Part shown: positions 1-11,897 of the stretch, one piece after another | How positions within the stretch are numbered: position 1 is the first letter of the stretch | Layout of the letters: every line of letters begins with the position of its first letter | Notes under the pieces: generated by a model | Seen by the model: only the letters and a program-made list of their open reading frames with translations | Told to the model about the DNA's origin: nothing | Database searches by the model: none | Program-made: the position numbers and the translations under genes | NCBI GenBank assembly: GCA_951406725.2 | Contig: OX597820.1 | Location: 66,898,001 to 66,962,000, forward strand | DNA from: Octopus vulgaris | Taxonomy: Eukaryota | Direction: 5' to 3' | DNA: 64,000 nt

Positions 1-10
1 TATGTGTGTG

Positions 11-62
<52 letters not shown>

Positions 63-498
63 TACACACACACACTTTAATGAAATATGTATGCACATAC
101 ACAAAGACGCACACTATCTTAAAGTTGTCATTTAGATTCCTGCAGAAATGTATGGATATAGATGTAATTAAATCTCTGTCTCCCTCTCTTCTCTCTCTCT
201 CTCTCTCTCTTTCTCCATCTCTTTCTCTCCGTCTTTCTGTATATGTGTGTGTGTATATCAATATATATGATGAAATGCATACACAAACACTCGCTTATAA
301 TCAGATTATTCACAGATACAGATTAGATGTACACATGCACGTAATCACACACTGACACACACATACACACACGTTACTACATGTGTGTGTCAGTGTGTTT
401 ATGTATACACTAACACACACTTATACACCTACTTTTCAAAAGTATTAAAATGTCTACCATGTGTGATTGATTAGATGACTTGAGAACCAAGTGACAAG

Positions 499-540
<42 letters not shown>

Positions 541-1221
541 CAATATATATGTTTATGATAATATGTCACGTGATCAATTGATTAACCAGAGGCCGGTCAC
601 AATGCACTTCATCATTCACATCATTCTAGTTTTTGAATGATGCCATCCCCCTGGCTAGGTGAGCAGGCCAACATTTTCTCTGGTAGGAAGGCTAATCCAT
701 CATAAGACTATCCATTTACTGCTGAGTGGAGTGGAGCAACATGAAATGACGTGCTTTACTAAGGAACACAATACGCAATCAGTCTGGAAATTGAAACTGC
801 GATCTTACAATCATTAAAGCCAAGCATCTAACTACTCAGCTGTGCGCCTTCATGTGTGTTACATCTTTTAACATCCTCTTCTCTGTGTTTTCATGGGTTG
901 AGCTATTGAACAGGAACCAAGAGGCAGAGGGCTTATACTCCATTCTCTGTTTCGGGAGACTATGCAACTCATTGGTTCCTACTGCAGTATGCCCTTCCTA
1001 ATACTAACCTCTTTACAGAGTATACTGGGTGCTTTTTATCATGGGACCAGCACCAATGAGGTTACCAAGTAACTCCCAAAACAAGGCCCTTTCATTGAGG
1101 GAAGTGCAGTTTTGAAGAATGTGAAAGTAGGACAGAGAAAGAGGAACAGGTGTCTTGCTGAAGAGATGAATGCATAGCTTCCCCAATTGTGACAGATGTT
1201 CATATAATATATTTATATAGG

Positions 1222-1435
1222 AAGGCGGCGAGCTGACAGAAATGTTAACACACCAGACGAAATGATTGGCAGCATTTCATCTGTCTTTATGTTCTGAGTT
1301 CAAATTCCGCCAGGATCGACTTTGCCTTTCATCCTTTCAGGGGTCAATAAATTAAGTACCAGTTCTATACTGGGGTCAATCTAATCAACTGGCCCCCTCC
1401 CCAAAAGTTTTGGGCCTTGTGACTTGAGTAGAAAA

Positions 1436-1437
<2 letters not shown>
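1222..1437 (+). mobile_element. SINE family 2 copy
   Basis: aaggcggcgagctgacagaaatgttaac...ttcaaattccgcc...tttcatcc. Further copies at ~16560-16745(-), 40270-40470, 43812-44027, 44918-45135, 53735-53937 and 63175-63600. Confidence 0.8.
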
Positions 1438-1478
<41 letters not shown>

Positions 1479-2075
1479 TGCAAGCATAGCTGTGTGGTAA
1501 GATAGATGAAATACTGCTAAGCATTTTGCCTGGCATCCTAATGTTTCCTTAAATGGTGAAAATATTTTTTTGTACTGTAGGCACAGGCCTAAAATTTATG
1601 GGGAGGGGGCCAGTCGATTAAATCGACCCCAGTATGCAACTGGTACTTAATTTATCAATACCGAAAACATGAAAGACATATATGTTTATAGTGTAAATAG
1701 AACTGTACTCTCCAAAAAATATGTATAAAAAGAGATCAAAACATTGATACAAATATTCAAAGACTTGAACCATTCCAGTTTATTTCTAAATGGACAAGAT
1801 TGGCACCATTAACCATTGCACTACCAAAAACATCTCAATTCTTACAATTAAGATGAGTATACAATAAAAAGATGGCTGCCACAATATCTGCCTACTAAAT
1901 TTATACATAGTAATTTTAAAAGAAAAATATCTTGTTCAATATTAGCTGTAGTATGTGCATGTATATATATATTTGTGTGCGTGTATATATATGTACATAC
2001 ACACACATGCACACAGACTACAGTTTACTCTCTAGTATTACTACAAATAACTGCAGGTTGTGTACAGTATATATA

Positions 2076-2131
<56 letters not shown>

Positions 2132-2202
2132 GATATTCATACAATGCTTTATGTCAGTGTATCAAAATATGCAAAGAAAAAAACAATGTGTGTGTGTATA
2201 TG

Positions 2203-2249
<47 letters not shown>

Positions 2250-2972
2250 ATGTATGTATAGATATATATGTATGTATATATATGTATATATATATATATA
2301 TGTATGTATTTATATATACATGTATGTATATATGTATTTATATATGTATGTATATATATGTACTTGTCTATGTATATATTTACATATATATATGTATATA
2401 TATATGCATTTATGCACATATATATCTCTGAATGTATAAATATTTGTGTCTTCTTATGTCACTACATATATATATATATGCATACAGATATGTAAACATG
2501 CATGTACATACATCTGCCAATATGTCAAAACCAAACATTCATATCTCTCTCTCTGTAAATATACATGCACATATACACTTATGCCTGAACATACCTGACT
2601 ACCTTAAATAAATGCATGTATACATCTACCATATATAGTCGTGTGTATACACTATGCATTTGTGAATGCGTATGCGGTTACATACACATATATGTATTTG
2701 TAAATGTACGTGTGAGCAAACGCATAGCTCGGTTTCTGAGGAGGTAAATATTTTGTTTGACAGAAAAATTTCCAATAAGTATTTCGTCTGTTCATGAGAG
2801 AACTATCCCAATTAATACCGGGTTCAATCTCATTAAGGACACTTTCTAAGGGCGTTATACTTTTTATTTTCATTTTTATTTTTATTATTGTATCTTTATC
2901 GGTTGATTTATTTTTATGTTTCTCTGGGTGTGTTGCAAGATGGAAAGAGACAAAATGGCGAAATCACTCCAA

Positions 2973-3036
<64 letters not shown>

Positions 3037-3128
3037 CATGTATTCATATGCATGTGTGTGTGTATGTGTAAAAGCATGTGATGTATATTAATGTTTGTTC
3101 AGGTATATGTAAATGTGTATGAATGTGA

Positions 3129-3175
<47 letters not shown>

Positions 3176-3221
3176 TACATATATATATATATATGTTTCT
3201 GTGTATGTATATATATGTTTG

Positions 3222-3270
<49 letters not shown>

Positions 3271-3313
3271 ATATTTGTATATAAGTGTGTGTACATATAT
3301 ATATATATGTATG

Positions 3314-3353
<40 letters not shown>

Positions 3354-3655
3354 TCTGTCTTTCTATATTAGTTGGTTTGTTTATCTGGTTGTTGGTGTTA
3401 AAAACAACAACAGTAACAACTGTAACAACAACAACAAGTGGTGTAAAATAACACAAGAGTTCAATATGTGAATACTGATATTGTGTATGATATAATGCTA
3501 TCACATAGAAAATAGCAGCGACTGGCTCTAGGACTGATATCTTGTCTTACATATGTTATACCTTGGAAATTAGCAATAATTTGTGTTCAAACATATATAT
3601 GTGCGTGTATGTCTGCATATATATATATATATATATATTGAGAGAGAGAGAAAAT

Positions 3656-3687
<32 letters not shown>

Positions 3688-3767
3688 TAGATAAACATAA
3701 ATATTACATTATTATAATGAATTAATAGTGACTGCTATAGGACTGAGACATTGATATCTTATGTACG

Positions 3768-3800
<33 letters not shown>

Positions 3801-4369
3801 ATATATATATGTATATTAAATATCTTACATATTTAATATATATACATATTAAATCATCATCATCGTTTAACATCCACTTTCCATGCTGGCATGGGTTGGA
3901 TGGTTTGACTGAGGACTGGCAGGCTAGGAGGTTGCACCAGGCTCCAATCTGATCTGGTAAGGTTTCTACAGCTTGATACCCTTCCAAGAGTGAAATGGGT
4001 GGTTTTTATGTGTCACCAGCATGGGAGCCGGTCAAGTGGCACTGGCATCGACCACGCTCGAATGGTGCTTTTTACGTGGCGTATGTTCTAAGATATAGGT
4101 CATAGTTTACACTTAGATAGCTGAAATTTTACCTCATGGCATATTTTTTAAGGAGAAGTTATGCATCATTTCTTAAAAAGAAAATTATTAATGAATTTTA
4201 ATTTTCCTTGAGTTATCAAACATACCTTATTCTGTTTTGAAGTGATTGTCAATTTGTGTATGTGTGTGTGTGTGTGTGTGCAGGTGCACATTTTGCTGAG
4301 AATACTATCTAAATAGAATGAGCCTTTATTTTTATTTTTTTCTCTCTGACTGCCATTTTTTCTTTTCTG

Positions 4370-4412
4370 TCATTTTTTCCTGATGAAGGGTTAGCGTCCA
4401 AAACATCAAGAC
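4370..4412 (+). ncRNA. Decayed hammerhead-like motif (same repeat family as 11859)
   Basis: CTGATGA(4380-4386)-a-ggg(ttagcg)tcc-aAAA-ca-TC-aagac. The downstream actaatacatttgtt is shared with the 11.9-kb copy. Confidence 0.45.
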
Positions 4413-6394
4413 ACTTTTTTTTTCCTTTTTAAATGTTAAACTAATACATTTGTTAAAACTTGTCCTTCCTATGTTGTCTTCATTTGCTCATTGCTTTTAA
4501 AGAAAAAACATAAACAGACATGCTCACACACACACAGATAATGGTAATAAGGTGCTGTGGTGGTCTCAGAAAGCACAATGTGATAATCACAACCGCAACT
4601 TATTTAATATCTGCTTACTTTATTCAATGCATGAAACACTTGTTATAAAGACTTTATATTTTGAATTTCACTTTGTATGTTAAATATGATTTTAGAATTT
4701 TCTCATTGCACCTTACTACATTTCCACTATATTTTAACACAAAACAGTAATCTTTTTATTGTGTGTTGGTATCTTATAACATATGAGAAACTTTTCAATT
4801 GTAATGTAGAGATTACTATATAGATACTGTATTGAACCAGCCGTGAACAGAATTCTTTATTTTGCATTGCATAAGCAAGCAACAGTGCTTAAAAGTACAA
4901 CCTTACCATCATAGTTTAGGATGGTTGTGGGCAAACTGCAGCTTGTGAGACTTTTTGAACAGCACATCAATGAAAATTTACCTTTGAATTTTTAGTAATG
5001 TGGCCCACCTGATAATGAGTCCTGTCTTGTGAAGCTTGCTTCCCAAATAATATTGTCCCAGTCCAGTTTAGGTGTAATTGTTTTTACTGCCCTTTATGGT
5101 CATATTAGTTTCACATTTTGGTACAAGGTGAGTAATTTGGGATGAGGGCATAAGTCGATTACATCAACCACCAAAAGATAAACTGGTGTTTATTTTATCA
5201 ACCCCCAAAAGATGAAAGGCAAAATGGACCTCAGCAGAATTTGAACTTTGAACATAATGACACAAAATGCTGCACAGCATTCCGGTCAGTGTACTAATGA
5301 TTCTGTCAGCTCACCACTCTATCCCTTAATTAGTTATATTATTCAAATCTTGACAAGACCAACTTTACCTTCCATCCCATCCATCCATTCATCCATCTAT
5401 AATTGATAAAATGAAGTACCACTTAAATGTTAAGCTGATTTAATTGATTAAAACTGGTGTCTTTTAAGTAAGAGAGATCGGCTAAGAATCCCTAACAAAT
5501 CTTCTTAGGGATAGCACTACTTGTGCATAAATGCAAACGTGGGTGCAAAATCTTAACAGCCCTTCTGTGAGGAACAGCAATCGACCTCCTCCACCACAGG
5601 TATCATTAGCTTTGAAAGTCATTGTGTCCAATACACATTGACAGAAGGAGATTGTATTGAAATATTATGTCAGCTGATATTTCATGGCATGTTACAGAGT
5701 AAATAGAGATCACTGTAGTTGATATATAGATATTGTATAGAAATAGCCGCAGTTGCTGCCAGTTGATGTATTCATCATTGAAGTGGCTATTATAATGTAA
5801 TATACGGTATCAGAGATGTTATATTACTACAAGTACTAGTTAAGAGAATTATGGTTAATGCCATACATCAAATGAATTGCTAAATTACTGTTATGAAAGC
5901 ATAATTAGTCTAGCTGTAAAGTGACTCTTTTGTAAAGTGTAAATGGCAGTAGTAAGAGAGCAAAGGCAGAAGTATGTGTGAGACAGTCAGATAATTGTGG
6001 TTTACCTGATCTGCTCTAATGGTCAGCAGTTTTCATCATTGGTCAACAACGTTGCAGAAACAGTAAGATAACTGCTCTGTCTTGCTTGTTTCCAAAAGCA
6101 AGCATCAAGCTCCAAGTACAGTAAACATCTCTCCATGCATGGATATTCAACAAAGAAAAGACAAGTCAATATGTTCACAAGAGCTGCCCTAGGTGGCACA
6201 CACTCTAGCTGTGCCACTGTGTAACCTTACATTAGATTGGTCTTCGATATCCCTCAAGAGATTGGATGGCAGTGGCATAGCAAGGGCTCTCAGTGCGCAG
6301 GGGTAAACACAGTTTTGTTGCTGCCCTAATTAGCAGATTAAAGAAAGTTGTTTACTCCTTTACACATGCACCTGGAGACACCACAACTTCCAGT

Positions 6395-6721
6395 CCTTGT
6401 TTCCATATGGTGACTTATGTACTTCAGTGACTCTGAGAGCTGAGCCAGTGGAGTACAAGCTCTTGGTGGGACCTTCCATGCTGGACAGATCAAAGCACAG
6501 AGACAAGACTAATGTGAACCACTTTTCTTCACAGAGGTAAAAAAACAGGTTTGTGTAGGGTCAATACTCTCACCCACCTAGGAAAGTGCAGAGTTACAGA
6601 AACATTGATGACAATTCAGAACCAACAAGACATGGGAGAGGAAGACAGCCCAGAGTTAAGTGGAGATAAGTCATCGATGGATGACCTGTGCTCTGTAAGG
6701 AGCAAAAGGCTTCAGTAAGTA
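6395..6721 (+). mobile_element. Possible internally deleted RTE-type element (5'UTR-like part joined to a 3'-end-like part)
   Basis: Resembles RTE/Expander 5'UTR and 3' terminus from memory. A related 5' relic lies on the minus strand at ~57725-57840. Confidence 0.4.
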
Positions 6722-8359
6722 GATCGCAGGATGCTAGGTCCCTAACAGATGATATGCCAAAAGGCCGAAGCCAATCTTGGCATGCTGCTTAGAGGGTCTT
6801 GTCCAGCTAAGGCCAGCTTGGTTGGGGTTGCAAGTGGGGTTGGATGTGGCGGTGTTTCAAATACACAGTTGTAGATGTGGTTGAAGTAGGAGAAAATCAA
6901 AAGTGTTGAATCACAAGATGGATTAACTGAAGCAGATTAGTGGTGTGAGGTAGGGGTAGAGAAAGGGAGAGAGAAGCACGCAACATGTGAAAGAATACAA
7001 GATTAAAAAGGAATTGAGAGAAAGTGTGTGTGTGTGAGGTGGAGTAAGAAAGATTGCATTCAGTGCTTGGTTCCTCTTACCATTCTCTTTTACTTAAACT
7101 GAGAAGGATTACTGGTGGTGAGAGAGAGAGAGAAACATGCAACATGTGAAGAAGAGGTAAAATAAAGAAACAAAGAAAGAGAGAGAGAGAGAGGCCTCCA
7201 CCCTCCAACTTCTAATGTTTTCCTTCACAGTTGTCTTCTCTTATTTTCACTCTTTGCAATACACTTCCATCGAACTAATTCTACAGTTGTGTGTCTTGAT
7301 TTGATCTTTGGATAATCCATAGAACAGGAAGAATGAAAGATAGTGGGGAGTAATCTACTAACATAGATTGCATGCATACGTGTGTGTGTGTGTGTGTGGT
7401 AAGTAATCCATGTGAAAGTGTACATACACACAAACACATACCTGTACATACATTTTCATTTTTTTTTTTATATATATGTATTTATTAGTATATTAATCTA
7501 CTTATATGCACATTTGTTTCTGTGTACGCATACTTACAGGTACTCGAACACATACATGCACATATATATATATCCCTCATGTATGTATAATTCAAGTAAA
7601 ATAATCTACACTCTCACACAATCAGTTATGTATATATGTGTGTGTGTATACATATATATTTCTAGATATCTGTGAGGATGTGTGTTGAGATGTTGTATGT
7701 GTGTATTTATGTGTATATATGTGTGCGTGTGTATGTGTACTCACTGGGTGTATATATATATTTATTGGATGTGTGTTGTCTCTAGATGTATATATAAATA
7801 TATGTTGTATGTATATTTTGTGTTAATACACAAATGTTATTACAAAACGTAAATACCTAATCCTTCAACATGCACACATAATTATGCATGGATAAAACAA
7901 CAATATATATACACACACAATGTGCATATATGTAGGTATTGTATTAAACTAAGCTGTATACATACTGTGCTTGTGTATACATACTGTGCTTGTAAAATTA
8001 TTCATGCACACTTGGGTTGGTATAAACGCTTGAAAGGATGTAAACATACTTTCGACTAGGAAGGGATTTTGTATAAAATAATATACATACACTCATGCAC
8101 ATACACACACACACACATATGTATACACAGATTAGATATGTATACATATGCTATAATATTCGTATTAGTATAGGAATTGGATTAATTTGATCATAAAAGA
8201 ATTTTATTGGATTTTTAAAAACTTCCTTCCTCATATCTCACTTTGTGTGTGTGTGTGTGTGTGTGTGTGAGCGTGTGTGTGTGTGCGTGTGTGTGTGTGT
8301 GTGAGGATCAGTATGTTTACCTGTGTAGTAGAGAGATAGGAATGTAAGTAGGTAGAAAG

Positions 8360-8373
8360 ATAGCTAGATAGAA

Positions 8374-8404
<31 letters not shown>

Positions 8405-8453
8405 TAGATAAACAGATAGATAGATAGATAAACAGATAGATAGACAGACAGAC

Positions 8454-8484
<31 letters not shown>

Positions 8485-8692
8485 TAGATAAACAGACAGA
8501 CAGATAGACAGATAAACAGATAGATAGACAGATGTATAGATTGATAGATAGATATAGATAAATAGATAGGCGGGTAGATAAATAGGTAGGTAGATAGGTA
8601 GGTAAGTAGGTAGGTAGATAGATAGATAGCTAGCTAGGTGGGTAGATGGATGGATGGATCGATTGATCGATCAATCGATTGATAGACAGACA
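8360..8692. repeat. (GATA)/(GACA)/(GGTA) tetranucleotide array
   Basis: Directly visible. A second large array lies at 46263-46642. Confidence 0.95.
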
Positions 8693-9525
8693 AGCACAGT
8701 ATTTCCTGGTGTTGAGCAAAAATTTTTCGTTTTTTTCCTAAGATAAGTCTTAAAAATCTCTCGTGTGTTCTGGCAGAGGAATGTTAGTTTTTGTAAGCAA
8801 ATTTAAACCTCGGAGGAAGATGGACAAGAATTATCCGTTTTATATATTGCATCTCCCTTACATAGCAGCAAAAGAAACATTTCCAACAGGATTTACCTGG
8901 TAAAGGTATGCAAAGACACCAAGACTGTTTTTGTATCCATTCCAGTTTTCAAAATTTTCAAGTCTAAATTTGGGTACACCTTTTGCTCTGGGAAAATGGT
9001 AGGTAGATTGATTGATAGATTGATAGATAGATAGATGGAAGGATGGACAGACGGACAGATAAAGACAGAGATCTGTGCAGTAAATTATAAGTTTATGAAT
9101 CTAGTTATTAACTATTGTATTTTTCTACTTTTAATCATTTTTCTTGCATCTATCGATCATCTACATTTGATACTTGACATCAAACAGCTCTGTCAGATCC
9201 TCAAGCTGTCCATTACTTTTGAACATCAGGGCAGACCCTCAAATGGAACAAAACATAAATTATCTACTAATTAGGGCTTTTTGACCCTGCTTCTTCAAGT
9301 TTTTTTTAATTTAATTCAAAAAAATTTTTTTATTCACTCTCCCCGCCCCCTCCTCTCTCTCTCACTGTTGGTTGTATGAAATCAAAGGTAATTCTGATCA
9401 TGCTGATCTCCCAGGTACAAACTTCTAATGAATGAGCAATGTAGCTATTCCGCTCCAACAAGAAAAGAAAGCTAGTTGTTGTTTAACACCAGGACAGTCC
9501 TGATTGAGCAGTCTTGTGATCATAT

Positions 9526-9925
9526 TGGTAAGTAGCTTGCTAACCAACCACATGGTTCCGGGTTCAGTCCCACTGCGTGGCATCTTGGGCAAGTGTCTTT
9601 TGCTATAGCCCCGGGCTGACCAATGCCTTGTGAGTGGATTTGGTAGACGGAAACTGAAAGAAGCCTGTCGTATATATGTATATATATATATATATGTATG
9701 TGTGTGTTTGTGTGTCTGTGTTTGTCCCCCTAGCATTGCTTGACAACCGATGCTGGTGTGTTTACGTCCCCGCCACTTAGCGGTTTGGCAAAAGAGACCG
9801 ATAGAATAAGTACTGGGCTTACAAAGAATAAGTCCCGGGGTCGATTTGCTCGACTAAAAGGTGGTGCTCCAGCATGGCCGCAGTCAAATGACTGAAACAA
9901 GTAAAAGAGTAAAAGAGTAAGAGTA
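9526..9925 (+). mobile_element. tRNA-derived SINE family 1, young copy
   Basis: A/B-box-like head (tggtaagtagcttgc...gggttcagtccc), internal (TA)/(TG) tract and a (GTAAAAGA)n tail. Many copies in the window. Confidence 0.85.
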
Positions 9926-9959
9926 TATATATAATTTCATTTATCCTTTTCCATTTACC

Positions 9960-10350
9960 CTTTTTTCAGTCATTGGACTGCAACCATGCTGGAGCACCAC
10001 CTTGAAGGGGTTTAATCAAACAAATCAACCCCAGTCCTTCTTGCGTTTTTTTTTTTTTTTTTTTAAGTTTTGCACTTATTGTAGTGGTCGTTTTTTGCTA
10101 AACTGCTAGGTTACAAGGACATCAACAAACCAACACCGGTTGCCTAGTGGTAGTGAGAGTCAAACACAAAGATACTCAAGCCCCCCACCACCACCACACA
10201 AACATGACGAGCTTCTTTCAGTTTCCATCTACCAAATCCACTTGTAAGGCTGTGATCAGCTTGGAGCACTTGACCAAGGCATCATGCAGTGGGATTGACC
10301 CTGGAACCATGTGGTCAAGCAGCAAGCTTCTTACTACACAGCCATGTTTG
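9960..10350 (-). mobile_element. SINE family 1, older copy, tail-to-tail with 9526-9925
   Basis: ttcagtcattggactgcaaccatgctggagcacc...ggaaccatgtggtcaagcagcaagcttcttactacacagcc. Confidence 0.72.
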
Positions 10351-10670
10351 CAGCTGATAGTTTATATATCTGCATTTAGAAAAGAGAATTTGACCAAATT
10401 TAAGCAGGGAGGTTGACCTCTCCCACTTTGATGGAATTTTGAGTTTTTCAAAAGACCTTTTATTCAGTTTGTTGCCCAAATTTAAAAATTCACATTTGAA
10501 CATACATACAAGTGCAGACATGGCTGCTTGGTTAAGAAACTCACTCTGTAACCATGTGGTTTTAGGTTCAGTCCCACTGTACAGTGACATCTTGGGGCAA
10601 GTGTCTTCAAGTATAGCCTGGGTCAACCAATACTGCATGAGTGAATTTGCTTGGCAAAAACTGTGTGGAA

Positions 10671-10903
10671 GGCAGCAAGCTGGCAGAAACGTTAGCATGC
10701 CGGGTGAAACGCTTGGCGGTATTTCGTCTGCTGCTACGTTCTGAGTTCAAATTCCACCGAGGTTGTCTTTGCCTTTCATCCCTTCAGGGTTGATTAAATA
10801 AGTACCAGTTATGCATTGGGGTTGATATAATTGACTTAATCCGTTTGTCTGTCTTTGTTTGTTCCCTCTGTGTGTAACCCCTTGTGGGCAGTAAAGAAAT
10901 AAG
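10671..10903 (+). mobile_element. tRNA-like SINE family 2, nested in a family-1 SINE, with 13-bp TSD
   Basis: ggcagcaagctggcagaaacgttagc...gagttcaaattcc...tttcatcc. TSD aaactgtgtggaa at 10658-10670 and 10904-10916. Confidence 0.87.
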
Positions 10904-11858
10904 AAACTGTGTGGAAACCCACTGAATATGTGTGTGTGTGCATACATGTGCATGTGTGTATGTATGTGTGTCTTGTCTCCCCACCATCACCACCATTTGA
11001 CAAGAATTGTTTTGTTCAGTCCTTGTAACTTAGTGGTTTTGATAGGGGGTTAAAAAAAAACCCCCAAAAAAACAAAAAAATAAGTACCAGATTTGAAAGA
11101 AAAACAACTACTCGGATCAATTTAGCTAAACTCTTCAAGGCAGTCAGTGCTCCAGCATGGCCACATTCCAATGCCTAAAATAAGTAAAATCTTAAAGATA
11201 ACGATACCTGTTATAGCTGGAATCAGTACTTCTTGCAGTCTATACTTTAATTTTCCATTTTCATTGTTGATTGGATTGGTGTTATAAAATACAGATTGAC
11301 AAGCATTTCTTCTAAAGTAGCTTGATGCACAGTGAACCATTCCTACACCACTGTTATTTCTTTATATCACAGTCTCTCTCTATATATATGTGTGTGTGTG
11401 TGTGTCTTCCATTTTCCCTTCTGTGTTTCTTGCTTACTTTCAATTCAAAGTATCATTTTGTCATTTTTCTTGATTATACACTTGAAAATAATTAGTTTTT
11501 CCTGAAAAATAATTATCTGTAAGTTTGCTGAAGATTTAAGTAACTAGATTGTTATTTTAGGCTTGAATGTTTGGATGTCTTTTGTTATTAGGAACAGCTA
11601 CTGTAATGTATTTAGTAAAAGCCTTAAATTGGATCAGCAAACCTATGCATTTAACCAAAATAGGAGGAAGAAAAGCTGTTTCCAACACACATATATCAGT
11701 ACAAGTTCACAAGAGTATACATATATATATGTGGGTATATGTCCATGGTGTGGGTAATAACACAGGTATCATAAAGATTATATGTGTGTGATAGACCGTT
11801 AGCTCCTACATGCATTTTTTTTCTCTCCTTGTTTCTCTCCTTGTTTCTTTTCTGTGTA

Positions 11859-11897
11859 TCTTTCTGTCGAAGAGCGTAGGCTCGAAATGTAAAAGAC
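11859..11897 (+). ncRNA. Decayed minimal type I hammerhead ribozyme motif (Penelope-like repeat end)
   Basis: tcttt-CTGtCGA-a-gagc(gtag)gctc-GAAA-tg-TA-aaaga. Stems I and II are intact; the core has two deviations. Confidence 0.6.

Noticed and set aside
5480-6230. Possible degenerate LINE coding fragment or ORF 6023-6217
   Set aside because: No recognisable RT or endonuclease motif could be read.
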